The position numbers and the translations under genes are program-made. From positions 16,988,001 through 17,052,000 of the forward strand of contig OX597834.1 of the NCBI GenBank assembly GCA_951406725.2: a stretch of 64,000 nt of DNA, written 5' to 3'. Of the stretch, positions 1-31,064 are shown one piece after another; the first letter of the stretch is position 1; every line of letters starts with the position of its first letter. Under the pieces are notes generated by a model. That model was not told the origin of the DNA. It saw only the letters and a list, made by a program, of their open reading frames with translations, and ran no database searches. Origin of the DNA: Octopus vulgaris (Eukaryota).

Positions 1-351
1 ACCATATATTAGCTCATAACTTTGAAATACTGATGATGTGATTGTATATATTTAGTTATGGCATTGTAGAGCAGATACGAGAGGCCAACTCTGGCTAGTT
101 TGAAAATAAAACAGATAGAATATTTGGGACTGATATGACCCGTTTAAAAGCTAATGGGCTAAAGTAGTACCAGATCTACCTGGTACTATATTCTTTTTTA
201 ATTTCTTAATTTGATCAATTAGCTTCAAGTGACACTTGTTCTGTTACACTGCTAGTCAATGAATAAGATACATTCCAACAAAATCTTGCCACCCTGAGCA
301 GGTGACTCTCATCTAACATTAATCATTCCTGATGCTTTCAAGCCTTACAAC

Positions 352-548
352 CATCATCATCATCATCGTTTAACGTCCGCTTTCCATGCTAGCATGGGTT
401 GGACGGTTCAACTGGGGTCTGGGAAGCCAGAAGGCTGCACCAGGCCCAGTCTGATCTGGCAGTGTTTCTATAGCTGGATGCCCTTCCTAACGCCAACCAC
501 TCCGTGAGTGTAGTGAGTGCTTTTTACATGCCACCGGCACAGGTGCCA
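352..548 (-). mobile_element. 5'-truncated retroposon with (GAT)n tail (3' UTR of an RTE-type LINE)
   Basis: Shared core TGGTTGGCGTTAGGAAGGGCATCCAGC...CCATGCTAGCATGGAAAGCGGACGTTAAACGATGATG; other copies near 17830, 32690, 38080, 47100, 52330. Confidence 0.75.
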
Positions 549-1148
549 TCATAGGAAATTTCTGCTGGCTCCATATCTGCAAAATGTTTTATTCCCATCG
601 CATTTGTTGCTTACAGCTTGAATCAGAGCAGAGCACTGCCATCTGCTAATTGTCATTCAATAAACTAATGGCAACTTCTCAATAATTCTTTGAGGTCATT
701 TTTAACTGTTGCTACAAGTACAAATGAATCCTTATTTCAAAATTACTCCGTATCTTCACTCATTCCAACAGTCTAGCAATATGAAACATTTCATCCTTAT
801 CAACCACACTGTTGATTCCTACAACAAAATAAGCCTGGCAATTTGCCCTGCGGGAATGCTAAGCTTCTCGACCAGAAATATAGAAGAGATAACTACTCAG
901 TTTTTATCTTTGACTAATAATTATCTAGTTATTTAAATACTTCTCTATTTATTTAGCCAAGTAATATTCACATGCAGCAAGTTAAACTTCCTTCTCTGAA
1001 ACCAGACATCCACTGATGTAAAAAGAACAAACAAGTAACCTCTCTAGATGCACAATATCTTAAAAATAGCCAACAATTCTGAAAATATCGGCTAAAATTT
1101 TTCTACAAAAAGCTCAAGCGTAGTAACAATCCACATTTATAATTATTA

Positions 1149-20498
<19,350 letters not shown>

Positions 20499-20689
20499 TT
20501 TTTTCGGTTTTATTCAATAGTCTCTTATTTCTTTTTTATTTGTTATGTTGGCTGGCACTTTACACAGAATGAAACGGAAAGTGAATAAGAGGAACCAGTC
20601 AAGAAGAGTTTCAATGGATTGTCAAGCCTATATTCACTTGGCAAAAACCAACAAAATTCTGTTCCCGAGGTCAATCAAGCCAACTCTAT

Positions 20690-20760
20690 AAGACGTTACA
20701 AAATGGCCGACCCGACCTCATCAGTGTGACGTCATCAAACGCGAGTTTGCGCATATCATT
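20690..20760 (-). promoter_or_regulatory. Probable core promoter of the conserved PP2A-C gene (CRE and YY1-type motifs)
   Basis: Perfect CRE palindrome TGACGTCA at 20727-20734, YY1-like AAAATGGCCG at ~20700-20709, TGCGCA nearby; locally CpG-rich, ~200 nt upstream of the ATG. Confidence 0.6.
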
Positions 20761-22629
20761 TTCTTATCTTTTTCTTCTTTTTTTTAAAATAAATCTATTC
20801 ATATATAGATATAATAAGACATATTACAGTAAATGTACAGGGGTTTAGATAAAAATAATTATACTGATTCATCAGTTAGATAATTTCTAGTTATGGAAAC
20901 TATTTTTTTCTTTAATATCTTTTTTTTTTTTTGTGAATCTGAAGCGACACCGGAAATTCAGTCTATGTTAAACACTTTTATAAATCAGCCTCTTTGTCAA
21001 TTTAGCGGTTTCTAATTCTCCTTCTTGAGACCAGGCGTGTGCCAGATCTCTTTTTTTTTTTCTACCCGGTATTAATCAGCTCAGCGACTGCTATTTTGTG
21101 TTTCAAACTTGATAAAGAAAGGGAGAATTTTTTATTAAACAAAACAGCTTCTTTATCATCTGTTTGTCACTCAAAATCGCTGTCCTGGATATAAACTTGA
21201 AGCCAACTACCAAAATAGTTTATTTCAAGTCCATCTACCTTCTAGCTTCTTTCATTTATGATTGCTTTCTTTTACTAACTCTACTTTATGGGGGATTTTT
21301 TCTCAACCTTTTAATCTACACCTTTTACTATTTATCCGGTTTCCCTGGAGTTATCCTCAGTAACTATACTTGTAGAATATAGTAATGCCTTCTAATGTTT
21401 GTACAAGAGATGTGTTCATAATATTAAAATCCACTTGTATCTCGCTGATATTTTTCTTATGTGTATCACATTTCTTTTCAGCAATGTATTTATTTTCGGA
21501 ATAGAGACACCACTACATCGTTACAAAGTATTTTTGATTCTGCACTGATAAAATATTTTACCAGACGTGAACTGACTTGCATCAGTTTTTAACTAGGGCC
21601 TGCTTAGGATCTTTTCGAAAGATCCCCTGCTTATACAATTAATTTAGTTTCCTTTCTTTACATGTAATTATTTTATTATAAAATAATGGAATTATTTTCA
21701 TGTGCTGATTTTAATTTACGTTCCTGTTTAAACCTTTCTGATGTCAGCTTTGCTTAAAATAAAATACCAGGGTTGAATTGTCTATCTTATCCCCTTCTTC
21801 GAAATCTACAGTTATGTGTCTAATTTTCAAATATTACTCAGTTTGGGTTATTAAATAAAAAATCTATCGATTCTGGCTTTTTGTTTCACGGAAAAAATAA
21901 TAAAACGTCCTTCTCAGAATATTCAAACCATCCTATCCTTATTTAAATATATATATTTCATCCACCTTAAAGATGTGAAATCAGACCTGATCAATCCGAC
22001 TTAATGATTGATTTCCTGCGGTCAATCGGAAAGGTTGACCTTACTAATTGAAAGACAACCAATAGCTTCTCTTTTATATTCGGAGTGACATACGCAGAGC
22101 GGGTTATCCCGCGTTAAGTTTGGGATTATCACACACACGTACACACATGTGTGCGTATACCGATGTACTTGACTGTTTCTCCGGAGTCTCCTTGACGTCA
22201 AAGCTGGTCAGTCAGAATAGTCCGACTAACCGGATTCAGATCGGGGGAGAAACTCCAATGTTAACTGGATTAGCCCAGCTAAATTATATTCTACTAAAGT
22301 GTCCAAAACTTGTATTTCCTTTAAGTTGCATACCTCTGGAAAATTGGAGAAAACTCCAGGTTTATCTTTTTCCGTATACTCCGATCCTTTTTAAAAATAG
22401 AAACCTGAGAGGAAATCTGCGCTTTTATATAAAAACTTCTCTTCATCTCGAAAGAAATTTCCATATATTAGGATACGCAATGATTGTATTTTTAAGTCAT
22501 AAATATTTTACATACAATTTTTTGTAGACTACATATTCTATCACAAGAAGTCCATTGACAGTGACTTTGAAGTTTCGACTTGCTAAGTCATCATCTAATT
22601 ATATAATACAGGCATTACTACACGAATTT

Positions 22630-23130
22630 GCCCCTTCGAGTTTGTTTCCTCATAACTTCCAGAGCAATGGATATTTTTTTATGATATTTTCTACAAATAC
22701 GTTTTATATGGTATAGAATATACCAAATTTTGTTGTGGAGAAATTATTTCCGAGCTGTGGGGAAAGGAAAATCAACACCAATCGGTTTTGAGCCTTTTTA
22801 AATGAAGTTTTCTACAAATGCCTTTCGGAATGTGTAAATTACGATTAGATCGGAATTTAGTGTGAAAAGAAAAATGGGGAACACCCACACATCACAATTT
22901 TCTTTTCAATATTTCCAGTTTCATTTTATAGATATATACGTTGTGTGCAAGCCCACCTTTCTTTTTTTCTCTTTCATGTAATCTTACTCTGAAAAGTTCA
23001 TCGAAAAATATCGATTTTTCTATAAGTTATGAGGAAACAAACCTAACTCGTGTGAATCTTCCGAAACTCTACTCCCTATCCACAGATAAAATTTTTTTTC
23101 AAAACAAATTATGAGGAAACGAAGTCGATG
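22630..23130. mobile_element. Old foldback/MITE-like element
   Basis: TTTGTTTCCTCATAACTT ... AAGTTATGAGGAAACAAA inverted repeats; homologous element at ~55400-55730. Confidence 0.55.
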
Positions 23131-23159
23131 GCAGTGTTGGTATGCATCATAAATATATA

Positions 23160-23210
<51 letters not shown>

Positions 23211-23417
23211 CACAGTTTGAATTGTCTACTTCATTTCCCGCCTGATAACATGTTGACAAACACTAAGTAAAAATAAATATTAGAATTGATGAAATACATG
23301 AAAACATTTTGTAACATGACGGGAGTAGGACATAGTAATCAAAAAGTAAATGACTTAATTGTTGATAATAATTTATATGTTACATATGGTATAATTATAA
23401 ACAGAAAATGTTAGCTA

Positions 23418-23558
23418 TTAGGTTGTCCCAAAAGTTCGTAAACACTTGCGAAAATTGAATTTTTACTCGCCAAGTACTAACAAAAACAACAAAAATTATT
23501 CCTCAAAATAAAGACCATTATTTTCCAAGACTTTCTACGAACTTTTGGGACAACCTTA
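23418..23558. mobile_element. Tc1/mariner-type MITE
   Basis: TIRs AGGTTGTCCCAAAAGTTCGTA / TACGAACTTTTGGGACAACCT in TA context. Confidence 0.75.
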
Positions 23559-24719
23559 TATTTCTATATAAATAAACCCAATCTTCTTTTTTTCCCCCCA
23601 TGAATTTTATTTAAACACTGTAAAAGAAGTGATAATTATGTAATTCCCCACAAATAAAAGAGGCCAACTTTTTTTAAATAAAAATTAGTCGTTTCATTTT
23701 TAATAGGCTATGAGAAATATATTTCCCCATCGTAAGTAGTTATAAATATAGACACATTATTCGATTGTGGCCAATAAAAATCATACGGATATTATGAAAG
23801 AAGCTTTGATCAGAGATACTTTTACCACAAAAGAAGGGAGATAAAAATTCAAGTGTGACGCGGGAAATCCCCAAATTCTTGAGAAAGATATAATTATATA
23901 GTTTATTGGAAGAGTATGTTATTGGCTTTATATGATGTATAAAGACACAATTAATTTAACAAAAGCTTATCTTAAATCAAATTAAAAGCGCTTCGTAGTG
24001 CAAGGCAGGTTGTTGTTAACTGTAGACAAGGTTGGGGTTGAACTATATTGAATGTAAACCTCCCCCCCCAACTCAGATTCACACAATGCACCAAATTTTT
24101 CGAGCCAACAGCGGATTCTCTACGCAGCTGCTCGACCTGCTAGAAATAGCAGTCAAACATCTTTTAAAAAAGGGGATGTAATAGATACAAAACATAAACA
24201 CATATGTGTGTATATTGTTTTATTTGTTTCAATCATTTGACTGTGGCCATGCTGGAGCACTGCCTTAAGGGGTTTTAGTTGAACAAATCAACCCCAGGAC
24301 TTATTCTTTCTAAGGCTAATACTTATTCTATCAGTCTCTTTTGCTGAACCGCTGAGTTACGGGGACGTAAACACACCAGTATTGGTTGTCAAGTGATGGT
24401 GAGAGTGGGGACAAACACCGACCCACACACATAAACACATACACATACATGTGAGTGCGTGTGATGAGCTTCTTCCAGTTTCTGTCTACCAAATCCACCC
24501 ATAAGGCTTCGGTCAGCCCAAGGTTATAGTAGAAGACACTTGCTCAAGGTGCCATGCACTGCGACTGAACCCGGAACCAAGTGGTTGGAAAGCAAGCTTT
24601 TTACCACATAGTCACACCTGTGTCTGTATGACAAGATTTTTTAAGTTTCTTTCAACCAAATCATCCCACAAGGCTTTGATGGCCTGGAGGTGTAATAGAA
24701 AACATTTGTCCAAGGTACC

Positions 24720-24950
24720 TATTTCTTTATTACCCACAAGGGGCTAAACACAGAGCGGACAAACAAGGACAGACATAGGTATTAAGTCGATTACATCGAC
24801 CCCAGTGCGTAACTGGTACTTAATTTATTGACCCCGAAAGGATGAAAGGCAAAGTCGACCTCGGCGGAATTTGAACTCACAACGTAACGCAGACGAAATA
24901 CCGCTAAGCATTTCGCCCGGCGTGCTAACGTTTCTGCCAGTTCACCGCCT
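24720..24950 (-). mobile_element. Young tRNA-derived SINE (GCCTTTCATCCTTTCGGGGTC core) nested in an older SINE
   Basis: 17-bp TSD CATTTGTCCAAGGTACC at 24703-24719 and 24956-24972; CpGs retained. Confidence 0.85.
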
Positions 24951-25269
24951 TTGTCCATTTGTCCAAGGTACCATGCAGTAGGACTGAACTCATGACTATG
25001 TGGTTAGGAAGTACATTTCTTAACTACACAGCCGTGCCTGCATCTTGTGTATTGGAATAATGTAGTTTGAATAACGGATCATGTACTAGAGTTGTTAAAA
25101 TTGTTCTTTAAAAGCCACTGAGAATGAAAATTGGAAATGAAAAGAAAAATAAGGTTACACTTTACTGTTTATTTAATATTTTGGGATAAAAAACTCTCCA
25201 TCAAGAAATAAATAAATGATGGTGACTAGCTCATTACTATTCTTCATATATCTACACAAGCAAACTCTC

Positions 25270-25590
25270 TCTCTATATATGTGTGTGTATATATATATAT
25301 GTATGCATACTTATGTATATATATATATATATATGTATCTCTCTCTCTCTCTATGTGTGTGTGTATATATATATATATATATGTATGCATACTTATGTAT
25401 ATATATATATATATCTATCCATCTATATATATACATATATATATGCCTATATATGTGTGTGTGTGTGTAAATATATGTTCATATATGTTTATATACATAT
25501 ATATGTATATGCATGTGTATGTATATATATATGTCTATATATGTATGTGTGTGTCTGTGTATATACATATTTGTGTGTGTGTGTGCTTGT
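25270..25590. repeat. Compound AT/GT/CT microsatellite
   Basis: Directly visible. Confidence 0.9.
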
Positions 25591-27942
25591 GATGTAAAAA
25601 CATATTTCAAGTGCATTGTAGAGATTTTTAAAAAAAATTATATATTTTCTTTCTAAGGATGGTTCATTTGTTCCAGAAAATCATGAAAATAAAAGCAGAT
25701 ATGACAAGGATAAACGAGATCTTTGAGAGATTAAATAATAAATGAAGTGAGAGGTGGCATGGCACGTGTGTGTATAGAGCAGTTCTTATTTTGGCAGTGG
25801 GAAAAATGCCAAAAGTGTAATTGTTTGAATATATTGATTCCTTTCCACAAGACGCCAAGCAGGGAATAAAGCCAGCTGAACTGAATCTAGCATATTTATG
25901 TGTGTGTGTAATATATTATATATGTATATTCATATATATATGTGTAATATATAAATATATATATGTGTATATATAAAGAAAAATAGAAGGTAGAGGAATA
26001 AATGCTTATCTTATGAACTTATTCTGTTGGACTTGCTCATAGTTAAGTGCCGGAGTAACTGTTACAGATTCAGCAGAACCTAGGTCCTGATAAAGCTGTA
26101 AGTACTAGGCTTAGAAAGAATAAGTCCTGGGGTTGATTTGTTCAACTAAAACCCCTTAAGGCAGTGCTTCAGCATGGCCACAGTCAAATGATTGAAACAA
26201 GTAAAAGAATATACACACGTGTGTATGTTTGTGTTTTGTCTCGTCTTCACATAGCCTTCTCCTCTCTCTCTTTCGGAGAGGCACTGAGCAGCTGTACGCA
26301 CACATACATACACGGCAGTAACTTCCGCCTCCCGAATTCAATCACAAAGCTCCGGTCGGCTCGGGGCTATAGCGGAAGATACCTACCCAAAGTGCCACGC
26401 AGTGGGACTGAACCCGAAACCATGTAGCTAGGAAGCAAGCTCCCTAACCACACAGCCATGCCATAATTGTAAAAGAGCATCTCTGTCATACTACTAATGT
26501 CTTTCATTTCCAATCTTCCATGAAAACATGTCTGGCTATGAGGAAATATTACCTTATTTGGAAACAGAGAAGGGCTGGTAGTAACAGGAAGGGTAATCAG
26601 CTGAAGAAAATCTGCCTCAGCAAGCTCTGCCTGACCCATGCATGCATGTAAATATAAACCTTAAACAACGGTAAGGATCTGTGTGTGCTCTCCTGTATAA
26701 TATTTGATACTCTACCACACCCTAGAACAGAAACAGCTGTAAGATAATCATTTATTCCTGTGTCATTCCTTTTTTTCCTCTTACTGCTCTGTACTTGACT
26801 TATGCTTCATGCAGAAGCGTACACATATCGAGTTCCACACCAGGTTATTAGTATCACAAAGCTTAAGTGAAATACAGGGGTTGGACAAAATAATGGGAAC
26901 AGTACTCGTTTACTTGTTTCAGTCATTTGACTGCGGCCAGTGTCTTCTACTATAGCCTTGGGCGGAAAAAGCCTTGTGAGTGGATTTGGTAGACGGAAAC
27001 TGAAAGAAGCCTGTCGTATATATGTATATATATATATGTGTGTGTTTGTGTGTCTGTGTTTGTCCCCCTAGCATTGTTTGACAACCGATGCTGGTGTGTT
27101 TACGTCCCTGTTACTTAGCGGTTCGGCAAAAGAGACCGATAGAATAAGTACTGGGCTTACAAAAGAATAGGGCCAGGGGTCGAGTTGCTCGATTAAAGGC
27201 GGTGCTCCAGCATAGCCGCAGTCAAATGACTGAAACAAGTAAAAGAGTAAAAGAGAGAGTAATGAGCCAATTACTCAATAAAAAGAAAATACAATATTTT
27301 AATAACGCTTCGGTAGAACAACAATAAAATTACAGCAAATTCAAATCAGCTTTTACATGTGTTTTATCATTGTCATTCTTTTATTGTTTTGAATACAGAA
27401 TCTTAAAGATTGCTGTTGCCATTTTCTTTAAAATTACACCCTTCTCTTCCACACACACCCAGTACCATCAGCAGTAGTAGTAGTAGTGGCCAATAGTACA
27501 ACTGTCACCATCTCTACATCATCATTATTCTCACCATGAGCAATATCATTATCACTACCAATACTCACACCACCACCACTACCACCACCATTATCACCAT
27601 GACTACTACTGTTCCTGACTTAAGCACTTTATATCCATTAAGCTGTCTGTATGTTCACCAATATCTTTGGTGCACCAAGAACAAAAAATTGTATTCTGCA
27701 CTTTTGCACTCAACGTTCTTTTGTGCCTATAAAATATCTTGATGTAACTAATGGCTGTTCATTATTTCTTGTTTTTATCTCTAGACTGCTTCAAAATATA
27801 GTTTGTATTCTGAGGAACACAGAAAAAATAATAAAGACACTGAATATATAGATAGACACAGACAGACGCATACACACACACATGAATGCATATATCACAG
27901 TGGGTGTGCGTGGGAGAATATATATATAAAGATTCATTTACC

Positions 27943-27978
<36 letters not shown>

Positions 27979-28978
27979 ATGTATGTATGTATATACATAT
28001 ATTGAGTATAATGCATACACAGATATAGACACATACATATATGAGTGTGTCTTTGTGCATATGGATAGATGGGGCTATATATGCAAACACACATATATAT
28101 AAGGATTGTTGTTATGTGATCAATCTGCTAAGTAGCAGCAATTGGTTCTAAGATAGCAAAAGGATATAAATAGGTAAAAATAAAATCATCAAAATAACAG
28201 GAGTATGATTATGGGGTAAAGAAGAGACAAACAAACTACATTGAGTCATGCAAATGAAAATGTAACTGAAAAAGCATAGAAATATAAAGTAAAGAAAGCA
28301 ACAATCAAAAGAATGTACAATTGAAGATAAATACACCAGAGGTAGAAGAAACAGAAGAGAATTTAATGTTTTGGGTGACACTCTTTAAACAAAGAAAAGA
28401 AATAGATTAAGAGAGGCAAGAGAAGAAAAATGATTAAAAGAAGCAAGAGAAAAAGAAAATTCATGTGATACCAAATGGTTTGTTTGCTTCCTCTCTGGCT
28501 TATATTTGTTTTCTCACACACACATGCATATAAACATTTAAAACATCCTGAGATCCCAGAAACATCACTGACGATATATATTTCAGGATCATTTATGAGA
28601 TGTATCTTGGAACACTCTCTCTATGTGTGTGTGTGTGTGTGTGTGTACGATGGGCTTCTTTCATTTTCTTTCAACCAAATCTACTCACAAGACTTTGGTT
28701 GGCTCAAGGCTATAATAGAAGACACTATAAGGTACCATGCAGTGGAACTGAACCTGGAGCCATGTCGTTGGGAGGGAAACTTCTTACCACACATGCACAC
28801 CTGCACCTACTTGTCACATTTTCTCAGGTGTTAAGAAACAAATTCAACACTGATCTCCAATATAAAATTTATTTTATAAAACATTATTTGAACTGTCAGC
28901 AGGCATTACAAATGTTTCCAAAATTGTTTGAATAAAAGTGTGCACTAATGGTGCACCAAAGGACATACTTGTTATTAA

Positions 28979-29200
28979 CCCTTTTGTTACCATATTTCTG
29001 TTGAGATGTTCTGTGTTTCTTTCAATTAATTTTAAATATAACAAAGAATTTATTAAAACAACTTAGTTATCATTAAGCTAGTGTTAAGGACATAAATTGT
29101 GACTAAGGTTTGGTGAAAGATTTTAATTCAGAACTTAGGCAAACAAGACATTTGTACTACAGAGCCAGAGGTGGTTTCTGCTGGGTTGGTATCAAAAGAG
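28979..29200. mobile_element. piggyBac-type MITE
   Basis: TTAA-CCCTTTTGTTACC ... GGTATCAAAAGAG-TTAA; homologous to 4377-4573. Confidence 0.75.
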
Positions 29201-29229
29201 TTAACCTGTTTTTTAAGTTGGAAGCAGGC

Positions 29230-29570
29230 TGTGTAGAAAGGTTGTTGTTGTTGTTCCTGTGTTTTTCTTTTCCGTTATTTCCTTGTCATTTCAAATTCCT
29301 CTTCTGTCAATCTTCACTGGATTATCCTCAGGTATGTTGCCCTCATTTTTTTCCTTCTGGGTTTGCCTTACCAAACATCCTTGTGGTTTCTTTCGCATAT
29401 GGCCTACACATTCTCACTTATGTCAGGCTAGTGGATACCTGTTTGGCTTTGGCCCACCGATTTTTGTTCCTTACAATTTCTAGATATTTGTCATTTAGTA
29501 TGTTTTTGAGGTATCTATTTGTGAATGTTTGGTATTTTCTCAGGATACTTGTATACATTTGTCATGACAC
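29230..29570 (-). mobile_element. Degenerate RTE LINE 3' end
   Basis: Reverse-strand KIQTFTNRYLKNIL...GHMRKKPQGCLVRQ..PEGKK (across frameshifts) resembles RTE C-termini. Confidence 0.55.
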
Positions 29571-29918
29571 TGCACTATATATATGTGTGTGTGTGATTTA
29601 TTTCCAATCTTCGGTGCCATGAGGAAATATTACACTTTGCTTGAAGACAGGGGAGAGGCTGGTGACAAGAAGGGTACAGGACCATAGAAAATCTGCCTTA
29701 ACATATTCCATCTAACCCATGCAAGCCTGTAAAAGTGGACATAATACCGATGATGATGGTGATATGTGCATGTGTATATCATCATACTTTATCATCCATC
29801 TTCCATACTGGCATGGTTGGATGGTTTAACCGGAGCTGGCAAACCACAGGACAACGCCAAGTTTCACTGTTTTGGCATAGTTTTTACAACTGAATACCCT
29901 TCCTAATGCCTATATATA

Positions 29919-30139
29919 CAAGAGGGTACTGAAAAGTTCCTGGCTTTGGGTAAAAGAAAAATACAGGAGGATCAATTAATTATGATTTTATTCAACATAT
30001 TCTCTTCTCAGATTCACACACTTATCGTGGTGATCCTTCAGTTTTTGTAAGCCCTATAAAAGAAATCAGATGGTTGGGCCTCCAACCACACCTTTCACGA
30101 CACCCTTAAAGCCAAGAACTTTTCAGCCACCCCCTTGTA
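29919..30139. mobile_element. mariner-type MITE (further copies ~37848-38050 and ~38693-38918)
   Basis: TA-flanked TIRs CAAGAGGGTACTGAAAAGTTCCTGGCTTT / AAAGCCAAGAACTTTTCAGCCACCCCCTTG; shared internal sequence among copies. Confidence 0.75.
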
Positions 30140-30222
30140 TATTTATAGACTCACACATGTCTGTGTGTATGTGTATGTCTTTGTAAGTATATGTTGTTGA
30201 TGGTTGTACTAAAAGTCCGGCT

Positions 30223-30295
30223 TTAAAGAAAATAATCTGGAACTGGGTGATCTGAATTTGGTTTTCTTTTCACGGGAGCCGGATCAAATTGTAAG
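30223..30295 (-). CDS. PP2A-C paralog exon 7 (terminal coding exon)
   Basis: TTTTCAG|C TTA CAA TTT GAT CCG...; (F)[23 protein letters not shown]; phase matches exon 6. Confidence 0.93.
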
Positions 30296-30976
30296 CTGAA
30301 AAATAAATGGAATAAACAGATTTTGTTTCAGTATTTCTAATTAACAAAAACAAACAAACAAACACACAAACAAATGTAGGTGGTTGTGTGGCAAGATGCT
30401 TCCTTCCCAGCCATATGGTTCTGGGTTCAATCACACTGTGTGGCATGTTGGTTAAATGTTTTCTACTAGAGTCTTAGGAAGACCAAAGCCTTGTGAGTGG
30501 ATTTGGTGGATGGAAACTGAAAGAAGCCTGTCATGCATGTGTGTGTGTGTATGTGTGTATCTATGTGTCCCCCCTGCCACCACCACTTGATAACTGGTGT
30601 TGGGCTGTTTATGTCCCCATAACTTAGCAGTTTGGCAAAAGAGAGTGATAAAATAAGTACCAAGCTTTAAAAAAAGTACCAGGATCAATTCATTTGACTA
30701 AAATTCTTCAAGAGACTGCCCCAGAATGGCCACAGTCTAATGACTGAAACAAGTAAAAGATAATTGGCGATTGGAGCGTTGGGCTCAGTCCCATTGAAAC
30801 TTCAAGACTTCTTAGGGCAACTGGAAATCCCATGCAAGATTGATGTCTTGCAAACAGCAGCCCTTATTGGGCACAGCGCACATCTTAAGGAAAGTATTAT
30901 CTGTCTGAGGTCCTTGTTGTGACTTGACAGATGACTAACAACTCTGGTACATTTTTACCTACACTGTCTTACAAAG

Positions 30977-31064
<88 letters not shown>

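Noticed and set aside
25664-25886. Possible alternative terminal exon of the paralog (TAG|ATTCAGTTC...)
   Set aside because: No PP2A similarity in the required frame and a weak acceptor; the true exon 7 is at 30295-30223
30270-30284. 15-nt match ATCCGGCTCCCGTGA between paralog exon 7 and RACK1 exon 3 (~60264-60278)
   Set aside because: Different reading frames, each explained by its own conserved protein sequence (DPAP vs SGSRD); short enough to be chance
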